From Candidatus Kryptoniota bacterium (GTDB lineage Bacteria > Bacteroidota > Ignavibacteria > Kryptoniales > JAKASW01), in NCBI GenBank assembly GCA_046706365.1, contig JBJKPN010000080.1, forward strand, positions 23,644-87,643: a DNA stretch of 64,000 nt, in the 5' to 3' direction. Position 1 is the first letter of the stretch. Each line of letters begins with the position of its first letter. A program made the position numbers and the translations under genes. The notes beneath the pieces are model-generated. The model had not been told where the DNA came from, ran no database searches, and saw only the letters and a program-made list of their open reading frames with translations. Positions 1-9,275 of this stretch are shown here, piece after piece.

Positions 1-1
1 A

Positions 2-1429
2 GGCGCACCCAGCCCGGCTCCGTCGAACCGTGACAGGCAGGGCGGATATATCGACGGTCTGGGAAATCAATTTGCCGGAGAATCGAGCGCGAGGAGAGGC
101 TATGCGATAATGCAGGAGATATTCGGTCACCGCAGAATTGTCCTGATGCTTCCGGTGTCGGCGGGTGATTCTCTGATTGGCCTTCTCCTGCTGGCGTATC
201 CGTCGGCCCCCCTTCGGGAAAGCACCATCCCGGAGCTCCAGGATGAGAATATGAACGTATTCCTCGCGATGGCGGACCAGCTCGGGTACGGTCTCAAGAG
301 GTTCCTCCTTGAGGAGGAGGTAACCTCAAAGGAACATTACATCTCCATACTGACGGACAACTCGGCCGACGCAATTGTCGGACTCGATACGCACAGGATG
401 ATAGTTACATGGAACAAGGGGGCTACGCTCCTTTTTGAGTTTCAGCCGGACGAGGCGATCGGGCAGCCCTTCTCCATACTCTTACCGCAGGAAAAAAGGC
501 TTATCGGTGACGACGAGGTGATTCTGGACCGGATACGGAATGAGGGGGTCGTCAAGAATCTCGAGCTCGACGGGGTTACAAGGTCGGGTCTAAGGGTAAT
601 AGTCAGCCTGACGGGAAGCGTGCTGAAGGACGAGGAAGGGACTTCCATCGGTACGGCTCTCATAATGAGAGACGTGACTCAGATCAAGCAGTATGAAATG
701 GAACTCCGGCAGACAGAGAAGCTTTCATTTATAGGCCAGATATCTGCCGGTATCGCCCACGAAATCGGCACTCCCCTGAACATAATCCTGGGCAACGCAG
801 AGTATCTGATGATGGATATGAAATCAGGCGAGAGGAATTATGACGAGTTGAAGGCGATTGTCGGTGAGACGAACAGGATAGCAAAATTAATCCAGCAGCT
901 TCTCGATTTTGCGAGGCCGAAGCGGCTGCGTTCCAAACCGATAATGCTGAACACCGAGATAGAAAGCGTCCTGCAGCTATTGAAAAATCAACTCGACAAA
1001 TCGGCAATCAAGCTCGAACTTCGGCTTGGGGATAACCTGCCTTATGTTTTCGGAGACGCTCCCCAACTACAGGAAGTTTTCGTAAATTTAATAGTGAATG
1101 CAGTTCATTCCATGGAAGACGGCGGAAAGCTGACGATATCGTCGAAGCACGAGGTCGGACGGGACGAGGAGTCGGTCGAAGTGAATATCTCCGACACAGG
1201 CTGCGGCATTCCCGAGGAAAACCTCGAAAAGATCTTCAATCCATTCTTTACAACGAAAGAGGTAGGGAAGGGAACGGGACTCGGTCTGGCGATTACGCAG
1301 AGGATCATACAGGATCACAAGGGTACCATTTCGGTCGAAAGCTCGGTCGGAAAAGGAACGACGTTTAAATTGAGCTTTCCAGTTTACAACATTACGGCTT
1401 TGGAAGGATCCAATCGGAAACAGTTATGA
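2..1429 (+). CDS. Sensor histidine kinase (GAF-like remnant / PAS / HisKA / HATPase_c); 5' end probably outside the window
   Basis: Frame is open from nt 2 with no stop. The first Met at 110 falls inside a fold-like segment ([23 protein letters not shown]). PAS-like block [26 protein letters not shown]; H-box [12 protein letters not shown]; N/G boxes [27 protein letters not shown]. Stop overlaps the next gene (ATGA). Confidence 0.85.
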   Translation, partial: GAPSPAPSNRDRQGGYIDGLGNQFAGESSARRGYAIMQEIFGHRRIVLMLPVSAGDSLIGLLLLAYPSAPLRESTIPELQDENMNVFLAMADQLGYGLKRFLLEEEVTSKEHYISILTDNSADAIVGLDTHRMIVTWNKGATLLFEFQPDEAIGQPFSILLPQEKRLIGDDEVILDRIRNEGVVKNLELDGVTRSGLRVIVSLTGSVLKDEEGTSIGTALIMRDVTQIKQYEMELRQTEKLSFIGQISAGIAHEIGTPLNIILGNAEYLMMDMKSGERNYDELKAIVGETNRIAKLIQQLLDFARPKRLRSKPIMLNTEIESVLQLLKNQLDKSAIKLELRLGDNLPYVFGDAPQLQEVFVNLIVNAVHSMEDGGKLTISSKHEVGRDEESVEVNISDTGCGIPEENLEKIFNPFFTTKEVGKGTGLGLAITQRIIQDHKGTISVESSVGKGTTFKLSFPVYNITALEGSNRKQL

Positions 1430-2790
1430 GAGCAGACATTTCTATTCTAGCGGTTGATGACGACGTAAACATGCTCGCGATGCTCGAGAAATTTCTCAAG
1501 CGTGCGGGTTACACAGTTGAGACGACCTCTGACAGTACAAAAGCCATGTCTCTCGTCGACGATAAGAACTACGACATTGTAATTACCGATATCCAGATGC
1601 CGCGCGCATCCGGGATGGATCTCTTGAAGCGTATAAAGGACCTGGAAAAAGACACGATGGTCATCATGATAACCGCTTTCGGATCTGTCGATTCTGCCGT
1701 CAATGCGATGAAGGCCGGTGCCTACGATTATGTCAGCAAGCCGTTCAACATCGACGAAATCCTTTCGCTGCTCGAACGCGCTACCCAGCAGAGAAGGCTG
1801 CAGCGGGAAGTCGAGTTTCTCCGCCAGGAAGTCGAGAGGAAGTATTCCTTCTCAAATATCATCGGCAAGAGCAAGGCAATGCAGGATATATTTTCACTCA
1901 TACAACGGATATCGCATGCCCGAAGCAACGTGCTCGTAATCGGAAGAAGCGGAACAGGCAAGGAATTGATCGCGAAAGCGATTCACTATAACAGCGACCG
2001 CAAGGCAATGCCTCTCGTAACCGTGAACTGCAGCGCGATCCCCGAATCGCTGCTGGAAAGCGAACTTTTCGGTCATGAAAAAGGCGCCTACACCGGCGCG
2101 GTTACTTCGAGGCGGGGCCTGTTCGAGACCGCAAACGGAGGCACCCTTTTTCTCGATGAAATCGGCGATATGCCGCTCGGCTCGCAAGCCAAGCTCCTGA
2201 GAGTAGTTGAGACGGGAGAGGTGCGGCCGGTGGGAAGCGATGACGTGAAAAAGGTCGATGTGAGAGTCATTGCGGCAACTCACCGGGATCTCAAAGAGCT
2301 GATCAAACACGACCAGTTCAGGGAGGACCTTTTCTACAGGCTGAACGTTATTTCCATACAGGTCCCGGACCTTAAGGAAAGAACCGAGGATATCCAGATC
2401 CTGACAGAACACTTCATGAAGAAATATGGCGAGCAGTTTGGAAAGCCAAACATCCAGATGACACATGAAGCCATGTCGTGCCTGATGCGCTACACGTGGC
2501 CCGGCAACGTTCGCGAGCTTGAAAATGTAATCGAGCGAAGCATAGCGCTTTCGAGCAGTGAAGCCATCGACTGCAAGGACCTTCCGGATCACCTGTTCCA
2601 GATGAAATCAACCGATCTCATCGACGACCTCGCCGCCGACAACATGCCTCTGTCGGAGGTTGAGAAGCGGTACATCGTCAAAATACTCCAGCGTACAAAC
2701 TGGCACCAGTCGAAGGCGGCACAAATCCTCGGAATCGACCGGAAGACTCTATACAGGAAGATCAAGGAATACAACCTTATCCAGGGCTGA
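1426..2790 (+). CDS. Sigma-54-dependent response regulator (NtrC family: REC + AAA+ + Fis-type HTH)
   Basis: REC motifs ([17 protein letters not shown]). AAA+ activator core (GRSGTGKE Walker [22 protein letters not shown]-type loop, FLDEIG Walker B). C-terminal HTH ([22 protein letters not shown]). Confidence 0.93.
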   Translation: MRADISILAVDDDVNMLAMLEKFLKRAGYTVETTSDSTKAMSLVDDKNYDIVITDIQMPRASGMDLLKRIKDLEKDTMVIMITAFGSVDSAVNAMKAGAYDYVSKPFNIDEILSLLERATQQRRLQREVEFLRQEVERKYSFSNIIGKSKAMQDIFSLIQRISHARSNVLVIGRSGTGKELIAKAIHYNSDRKAMPLVTVNCSAIPESLLESELFGHEKGAYTGAVTSRRGLFETANGGTLFLDEIGDMPLGSQAKLLRVVETGEVRPVGSDDVKKVDVRVIAATHRDLKELIKHDQFREDLFYRLNVISIQVPDLKERTEDIQILTEHFMKKYGEQFGKPNIQMTHEAMSCLMRYTWPGNVRELENVIERSIALSSSEAIDCKDLPDHLFQMKSTDLIDDLAADNMPLSEVEKRYIVKILQRTNWHQSKAAQILGIDRKTLYRKIKEYNLIQG

Positions 2791-3185
2791 AGTCCCTCCG
2801 GATGAAATCGATTGTTCTCTCCACTACGTCGGGCCATCTCCTCTGAGTCGACAGCTCGAGACGACAGACACTACAAACAGCGCGATCGTTATGTTGTTGT
2901 CACCCATTCATTTTCATAATCACTATCTCCCTGGTTTCCCCGCTAAGCTCTAGGAGTGCGGCGTTCCCTCCGAGCCCGTCAATTCCGGAAACGATGAATT
3001 ATCTGCCGTCTTGCGCAATTGAAGATCGATGCGGCCCTGCTCTCAAGGTCGCTGATCCGTCGACGAGAACGAAGTAGCTTGACAAACTCGACCCGAGTTA
3101 ACACCTACGATTTTTCGTGCTTGAATAATGACGGATTGCAAAATATTTTGAAGCGTTGACCTAGAACGAATAAAGGGAGCTGTTT

Positions 3186-4097
3186 ATGGATCGACGAACA
3201 TTCATGAAAAACGGGCTCGGTGCATCTATTGCCTTCGGCGCAATGATGAAAACGGGTGGATTGCTCGGGGCGATGCATGCGGTGCCGCTGCCTTACGACC
3301 TTGTTGCGGTGAAGGGCGGAGAACCGGAGGTAATGTTTGATCAGGGCATCAAGGCACTCGGGGGGATGAAATCATTTGTAAAGCGGGGCGACAAAGTTGT
3401 CGTCAAACCGAACATCGGCTGGGATGTCTCCCCGGAGCGCGGTGGAAATACGAACCCGAAACTGGTCTCGAGGATCGTGCAGCACTGTTTGGATGCAGGC
3501 GCGAAGGAGGTCAGCGTTGTCGACCACCCATGTGATGAATGGCAGCGCTGTTACACTCACAGTGGAATCGAGAAGGCCGTAAAGGAAGCCGGCGGCAAGA
3601 TGGTTCCAGGTGCGAGCCCGAGCTACTACAACAATGTTTCGGTCAAAAACGGCAAAGACCTTAAGTCGGCACAGGAACACGAGGTGATTCTCGATTCGGA
3701 CGTTTTCATAAACGTACCGATTCTCAAGTGCCACAGCGGGTCGCGACTCACCGCCGGGCTCAAGAATCTGATGGGGAATGTCTGGGACCGCGAGTACTGG
3801 CACAGAACCGACCTTCATCAATGCATTGCCGATTTTGCAACTTACAGGAAGCCGACACTCAACATTCTCGACGCTTACTACGTAATGAAGCAGAACGGCC
3901 CGAGAGGTATCTCGACGAATGATGTCGTGACCATGAAAGCTCAGCTGCTTTCGACCGACATAGTGGCGCTCGATGTCGCCGGCGCGAAACTCTTCGGCAT
4001 CCAGCCCAACGATGTGCGGCACATCCGCATCGCGGCGGAGATGAAGATCGGCCGTGAAGATCTTGAAGACCTTAATATCAGGCGAATAACGGTTTGA
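3186..4097 (+). CDS. TAT-signal DUF362-family protein (periplasmic, probable cofactor-containing)
   Basis: Twin-arginine leader MDRRTFMKNGLGASIAFGA. DUF362-like blocks VVVKPNIGW, INVPILKCHSGSRLTAGLKNLMGN, LNILDAYYVMKQNGPRG, STDIVALDVAGAKLFG. SD-like AAAGGGAG lies upstream. Confidence 0.78.
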   Translation: MDRRTFMKNGLGASIAFGAMMKTGGLLGAMHAVPLPYDLVAVKGGEPEVMFDQGIKALGGMKSFVKRGDKVVVKPNIGWDVSPERGGNTNPKLVSRIVQHCLDAGAKEVSVVDHPCDEWQRCYTHSGIEKAVKEAGGKMVPGASPSYYNNVSVKNGKDLKSAQEHEVILDSDVFINVPILKCHSGSRLTAGLKNLMGNVWDREYWHRTDLHQCIADFATYRKPTLNILDAYYVMKQNGPRGISTNDVVTMKAQLLSTDIVALDVAGAKLFGIQPNDVRHIRIAAEMKIGREDLEDLNIRRITV

Positions 4098-5653
4098 CCA
4101 AGAGCGGCTGGAAGACCGTCAGGAAGGTGCGCGTTGTCGTTTCGCTTTCCTTTCTAGCACTGACGACCGCGTTGTTCCTCGATCCCTGGCACCTTGTCCC
4201 TGCCGTGGTCGTGAATTATCTGACGTCGATTCAAATAATCCCGGCCATTTTGAAGACCATTGTTGCCGGTGGGGCTATCGCTCTTGGCGGGTTGATTTTC
4301 GTGGGGGTGCTTACTCTTCTGTTCGGACGTGTCTTTTGTTCGACGATCTGCCCGCTCGGTACCCTTCAGGATATCTTCATTCGACTTGCGAAAGTTGTCG
4401 ACCCTCGCAAGCGGTTCAGATACCATAAGCCGCCGCAGTGGCTTCAGTATTCGCTTCTCGGAGCGGGTCTCGCCGCGGCGCTCATAGGCGGGAGCATGAT
4501 AGTGGCCGACCTGCTCGACCCTTTCAGCAACTACGGGAGGCTCGTTGCCGGTTTCGCACTTCCTGTTGTCCTTCTGGTGAATAATGCTGCGGCAGCCTTA
4601 CTCGGACACTTCGGGGTTTATTTCTTCTATGATATACCCATCCATATTCATGAGATCGGAATGCTCGTTTTTGCATTCCTCTTTCTCGCTACTGCCGCAT
4701 ATCTGAGCATGACGGAGGGACGCCTGTTCTGCAATTCGTTCTGTCCCGCGGGAGCAATCCTTAGCCTTCTTTCGCGGGTCTCGGCATTTCGCTTCGTGAT
4801 AAAGGACGAATCGTGCAACGACTGCGGCGCCTGCGACAGAGTCTGCAAGGCTCAATGCATAGACAGCAAGGCAAGACGGCTGGACTTCAGCGCCTGTGTC
4901 AGTTGCTTCGATTGTCTCCGGGCCTGTCCTACGAACGCGATAGTGTACTCGGGGAGGCTGGGAGTAGAGACGAATGCCCTGCCGGCTGCGGTCGACCCGG
5001 GTCGGCGTGAGTTTATCAGGAATGTCGGGATGCCCGCGGCCGCGCTGCTGGTCGCGCCGGGGATTGTAGAAAGCGGGATCGTATTTTCCGGGAGCCGGAA
5101 GCCGGCGTCTCCGCCCGGATCGGTGAGTGTGCAACGATTCACCAGCTTGTGCACGTCATGTCACCTGTGTGTTACATCCTGCCCGACGGGAGTACTCAAG
5201 CCTTCCTTTCTCGAGTACGGGTTGGCGGGAATGTCGCAGCCTGTGATGAACTATGAAGCCGGTTTCTGCAATTACGATTGTACGGTGTGCGGCGATGTGT
5301 GCCCGACCGGAGCCATCCTCCGGACAAATATTCAAGTGAAGAGGCGGATACAGATTGGCACGGCCAAACTCGATAAAGACGAATGTGTCGTGGTAAAGAA
5401 TAAAAAGGATTGCTCAGCGTGTTCTGAGCATTGTCCGACTAAGGCCGTGCACACAGTCCCCTATGAAGGCACTCTCCTCCTGCCGGAAGTCGATGACAAA
5501 CTCTGCATAGGATGCGGTGCCTGCGAGAACGTATGCCCGGTGCTTCCAAAGAAGGCAATAGTCGTGAATGCAAAACCTATTCACGGGACTGCAAATAAGC
5601 CGGCGATCGTGAAGCCGAAAGCCTCGGGCGCGATCAACGAGTTTCCATTCTGA
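4094..5653 (+). CDS. Membrane polyferredoxin, NapH-like N-terminal half fused to NapG-like multi-[4Fe-4S] half
   Basis: Several TM helices with two CxxxCP motifs (FCSTICPLG, FCNSFCPAG). Six ferredoxin-type Cys clusters (CNDCGACDRVC, CVSCFDCLRACP, CTSCHLCVTSCP, CTVCGDVCP, CSACSEHCP, CIGCGACENVCP). Internal RR motif GRREFIRNVGMPAAALLVAPG. ATGA-type overlap with the DUF362 gene. Confidence 0.8.
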   Translation: MTKSGWKTVRKVRVVVSLSFLALTTALFLDPWHLVPAVVVNYLTSIQIIPAILKTIVAGGAIALGGLIFVGVLTLLFGRVFCSTICPLGTLQDIFIRLAKVVDPRKRFRYHKPPQWLQYSLLGAGLAAALIGGSMIVADLLDPFSNYGRLVAGFALPVVLLVNNAAAALLGHFGVYFFYDIPIHIHEIGMLVFAFLFLATAAYLSMTEGRLFCNSFCPAGAILSLLSRVSAFRFVIKDESCNDCGACDRVCKAQCIDSKARRLDFSACVSCFDCLRACPTNAIVYSGRLGVETNALPAAVDPGRREFIRNVGMPAAALLVAPGIVESGIVFSGSRKPASPPGSVSVQRFTSLCTSCHLCVTSCPTGVLKPSFLEYGLAGMSQPVMNYEAGFCNYDCTVCGDVCPTGAILRTNIQVKRRIQIGTAKLDKDECVVVKNKKDCSACSEHCPTKAVHTVPYEGTLLLPEVDDKLCIGCGACENVCPVLPKKAIVVNAKPIHGTANKPAIVKPKASGAINEFPF

Positions 5654-5835
5654 AGTCCGGGTCGGGAGCCGGCAGCAATAGCTCCTTCAGCAGCTCTTCA
5701 TGATTTGTTCGTTCTGGCATGCCAGTGGCGGTCGTGGCTTGCGCGGCATCGGTGCTGCCTTTCATCGCGCGACCTTCTTGATTATTATGTCACTCACGAA
5801 GCCTGTAACCGGAAGAGGATTTTTGGTCGAGGATC

Positions 5836-6810
5836 ATGACAGATTTGAATAATGACCGGCCGCCTGACGTTTTAGTAGGGACATCAGGCTGGAGTTATCC
5901 CGACTGGGTGGGTCCGTTCTATCCCGAGAAGACTTCAAGGGGATTTTCCCGGCTCACGTTTTACGCCGATTTCCTCGACTGTGTCGAGGTCAATAGTACA
6001 TTCTACCGCCACTTCACGCCCGACGTCGGAGAAAAATGGCTTACTGAAGTCGACAATAACCCGGGCTTCGTTTTCATAATCAAGCTCTTCCGTGAATTCA
6101 CACACGGCCGGGAGTACGAGGACAACTTCGAGCAGAACCGGAGAATTGTCCTGTCTTTTCTGGAACCTTTCATTGAGAGGAAGAAGCTCGGCGGGGTTCT
6201 CGTGCAGTTCTCGGAGTTCTTCAGAGACAGCGACAGTTCGAGAAATAAAATCTCACGGTTATTCGATAATTTCGCAAATATTGAGCTATTTCTCGAGCTG
6301 AGACACGGGTCATGGTACAGCGGAGCAGGGAAGGAATTCGTGAAGGGCCTCGGTGCGAATGTTGTCGCCGTGGACGAGCCGGCGCTCGAAGGGATGGTCG
6401 GTTTCGACACCGGGATGATGGGAAGGACAGGCTACATACGACTTCACGGGCGGAACGCGGAAATGTGGAAGGAAAGCCGTCGCCAGTTGGGCCGAAAGGA
6501 TGCAATGGCCTCTACCACCGGGCGGGAGGAAGGCGACCGGAACGCCCGGTACAACTACCTATACAGCGGCATCGAGCTCGACGAGATCGAAAAGAAGATC
6601 CTGGCGGTGAAGGAAAAATGTGAAAGGATATATGTGGTTGCAAACAACCACCCGATGGGGAAGGCGGTGGCCAACGCGCTCGAGCTGATCAAGAGGGTGC
6701 GCAATCAGGAACGGGTCCGCATGCCGGAAACGGTGATAAAATATTTCCCTGAACTGGAGGGCATTGCTTTAAAGGTAAACTCGGGCCCGGAGTCAGGCCT
6801 TTTTGAATGA
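5836..6810 (+). CDS. DUF72 (UPF0759) family protein
   Basis: N-terminal signature VGTSGWSYPDWVGPFYP, followed by NSTFY and YIRLHGRN blocks typical of DUF72. Confidence 0.8.
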   Translation: MTDLNNDRPPDVLVGTSGWSYPDWVGPFYPEKTSRGFSRLTFYADFLDCVEVNSTFYRHFTPDVGEKWLTEVDNNPGFVFIIKLFREFTHGREYEDNFEQNRRIVLSFLEPFIERKKLGGVLVQFSEFFRDSDSSRNKISRLFDNFANIELFLELRHGSWYSGAGKEFVKGLGANVVAVDEPALEGMVGFDTGMMGRTGYIRLHGRNAEMWKESRRQLGRKDAMASTTGREEGDRNARYNYLYSGIELDEIEKKILAVKEKCERIYVVANNHPMGKAVANALELIKRVRNQERVRMPETVIKYFPELEGIALKVNSGPESGLFE

Positions 6811-6947
6811 AGGGGAAAGGGGATGCCGTTTTTCAAGGCAGAAGCCGCATCTCAAGACACGATTGATGCCATGACGCGTGCAGCCAGCACTGCGGAAGGG
6901 AGAGAGATGTACTCCCGGAGAGGATTTCAATCTACACGCAGGCTAAG

Positions 6948-7390
6948 TCAGAGTCTGCCGAACAGCTTCACGAAAAAACGGTGAACGCTGTGAAATGAGC
7001 GAACGGGTTCTGCATACATGAGAACACATTTTCCGGCAACGACGCTCAAGCTCAGGGATTTCGCGAGCTCAACATTATCCCTGGTCTCGGCCCCCTGCTG
7101 GGGAGCCACACGTGGTGTATTCCCGTATCGGCCGCATCGCGGAGTATCTCGTCCACCGAGTGCCGGTCGACACACACAATCGCTCCATCCACCTTCCCCC
7201 TGAGTGCCGAAAGGCGGGCGTAACATTTCTCGCCGCCGATATCCGAGAGGGCGGGATTTACTCCATAGACCTCATAGCCCCGTTCCTTCAACTCCCGATG
7301 AATCACGTTTCCGAACTTGTTTTTACTACGCGAGACACCAACGACGGCGAATCGTTTCAACCGGACAAAATCTCTGATTGTCTCTTCCAT
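6948..7390 (-). pseudogene. CoA-binding domain protein (YccU/YneT-like) interrupted by a frameshift near 7100-7103
   Basis: ORF 7052-7390 gives the N-terminal part (FAVVGVSRSKNKFGNVIHRELKERGYEVYGVNP...HHVWL). The expected continuation QQGAETRDNVELAKSLSLSVVAGKCVLMYAE is in another frame (ORF 6948-7226). The frames join if one base is added in the C4/G4 run at 7100-7103. Confidence 0.6.
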
Positions 7391-7789
7391 TTCTCGCCCC
7401 CCAATTTAGTTTAACGATGCCCACTTTGTGATTTTGCCCGGAAAGTTAATGCGGAAAATCGACCGGACAGAGAGGTTCTCATTCTACAGAGACGTCAGAA
7501 CTTTAATCAAGGACGTACATAATGTCAAGTTCCGTCCCGCGTGTTCCACTGTGGTTGACATTAACCGTAAAAAGTCCGACATTTTATTTGTAAGAATAAT
7601 CGCCGGAATGCCTAGTCTGAACCTTCTGCCATAGTTGTAATCCTGCTGATTCCAGCGTCAAGAGTTTCCTGCTACAGACTGATGATATCGAGTCTTCGAC
7701 CGGAAGACCGGACGCTAAGAACGGCTGGGTCGGGTTTTCTGGAATCGATGTGAAGGCTGTTGTGGGATGAGCTTTTAGGAATGGAGGGC

Positions 7790-8152
7790 ATGATGATGGA
7801 TGAGAAGAATTTGGCAGTACTGAAGAGCGAGATTTTTACCAGGGTTCGCTCGATTCTATCCGAAAGATACGGCGAGTTTGTGCCCACTTCGATTGTTGAG
7901 GGTAAATCCGAGACGGAATCCGCCGTCAGGGAGATCAGGCGGTTCGAATCATTCAAAGCCGACGAAGATTTGCTGGATCTGTTCGACGCTCTTCAGAAGT
8001 TGTTTACGGGGAATTATGGTTATTGCTTGTTCTGTAGAAATGAAATAGAGTTCTCCAAACTTCGGCAGAACCCTCTCTCCAAATTCTGTTATCAATGCGA
8101 GAAGACTCTGGCCCCTTCTATTCGTTCAAAATCGAATGAAGATGAGGCCTGA
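7790..8152 (+). CDS. DksA/TraR-family C4 zinc-finger protein
   Basis: C-terminal CLFCRNEIEFSKLRQNPLSKFCYQCE (CxxC-N17-CxxC). The ORF opens with TTG at 7760. The ATG triplet at 7790-7798 follows GGAGGG, so the start is uncertain. Confidence 0.65.
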   Translation: MMMDEKNLAVLKSEIFTRVRSILSERYGEFVPTSIVEGKSETESAVREIRRFESFKADEDLLDLFDALQKLFTGNYGYCLFCRNEIEFSKLRQNPLSKFCYQCEKTLAPSIRSKSNEDEA

Positions 8153-8212
8153 TTGATTCTTGTCCCTCAGGGTCCGATAATACTGCCGGACTGAAACCTG
8201 ACCCTTCCGCGG

Positions 8213-9274
8213 CTACGCCGGGGATGTTAAACCGATAGAAACGGCATTTGAGATCGCAGGGGCAATTTCCTCGAGCGGGAGAACAACATCTGCGAGTTCC
8301 GCATCGACGATCGCTTTCGGCATTCCATAAACGACGCAGGTTTCCTCATTTTGGGCTATGACTTTGCCTCCGGCCGACTTAATGAGTCTTGCTCCCTCAA
8401 GGCCGTCCTTTCCCATCCCGGTCATCACTGCCGCAAGTATCTTTCCGCCGAATATCTCAAAAGCAGAGCTGAACATCACATCCACGGAAGGACGGTGCAG
8501 GGTGTCCGGGGGATCTTTCGATATCGCTGCGAGGATTTTCCCGCCGGTTCTTTTGAATTTGAAGTGAAGACCGCCGGGGGCGATATATGCGTTCCCCTTC
8601 TCCAGCTCCATGCCATCTTCAGCTTCGCAGACCTCTATGCGGCTGATTGAGTCGAGCCTCTCCGCGAGGGACCGGGTGAAATGCGGGGGCATGTGCTGCA
8701 CAATTGCGATTGGAATCGGAAAACCCTCGGGTATGAAGGGAATGACTTTCTGAAGCGAGAACGGTCCGCCCGTTGAAATCCCAATCACTGCTATTTGTGC
8801 ACCCGGGAATTTCAAGGGTGAGGCTTTTTTCGCAGCAAAGGTCTTTGCCGATAGAACCCGGGAAAAGGCTCTCGACCTGTCTCTGGCTATAGTCTTTATC
8901 TTGGAAATGAGATCGGCTTTGATCTTGGTGATGTCAAGCGAGACATAGGAGAGCTGCTTCGGAATGAAGTCTACGGCGCCTGCCGCCATCGCATCTATGG
9001 TAGCCCGTGCCCCTTCGAGTGTCAGCGAGCTGACCATCAAAATCGGAAGGGGGTTCTCCTTCATGATCTTTTTTACTGCGGTTATGCCGTCCATGCGCGG
9101 CATTTCAACGTCCAGCGTAACCAAGTCGGGCTTTAGTTCCTTGACTTTTTCTATTGCCTCGATGCCGTCCCTGGCGGTCGCGATCACCTGGATCTCGGGA
9201 TCGCTCTCAAGCATCATGGAGATTGCCTTCCGCATGAAAGCGGAGTCGTCTACAACCAGTACTCTTATCGACAT
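8213..9274 (-). CDS. cheB: Chemotaxis response regulator protein-glutamate methylesterase
   Basis: REC (VVDDSAFMR, LVTLDVEMPRMDG) plus methylesterase blocks (GISTGGP, HMPPHFTRSLAERL, TGMGKDG). Confidence 0.95.
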   Translation of the reverse strand: MSIRVLVVDDSAFMRKAISMMLESDPEIQVIATARDGIEAIEKVKELKPDLVTLDVEMPRMDGITAVKKIMKENPLPILMVSSLTLEGARATIDAMAAGAVDFIPKQLSYVSLDITKIKADLISKIKTIARDRSRAFSRVLSAKTFAAKKASPLKFPGAQIAVIGISTGGPFSLQKVIPFIPEGFPIPIAIVQHMPPHFTRSLAERLDSISRIEVCEAEDGMELEKGNAYIAPGGLHFKFKRTGGKILAAISKDPPDTLHRPSVDVMFSSAFEIFGGKILAAVMTGMGKDGLEGARLIKSAGGKVIAQNEETCVVYGMPKAIVDAELADVVLPLEEIAPAISNAVSIGLTSPA

Positions 9275-9275
9275 C

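Noticed and set aside
2791-3185. Searched for a sigma-54 promoter (GG-N10-GC, TGGCAC-N5-TTGC) between the NtrC-type regulator and the DUF362 gene
   Set aside because: I found no element with correct spacing and flanks. CTGGTTTCCCCGC and GGATTGCA have the wrong spacing. No promoter is claimed.
7428-7634. 68-aa ORF in the AT-richer spacer upstream of the DksA-like gene, and a TTGACA hexamer at 7555
   Set aside because: There is no RBS and no motif in the product. The TTGACA lacks a properly spaced -10 element.
8153-8212. Looked for a bidirectional terminator between the convergent DksA-like gene and cheB
   Set aside because: Only short 5-6-bp complementary segments with long loops are present, and there are no U/A tracts.
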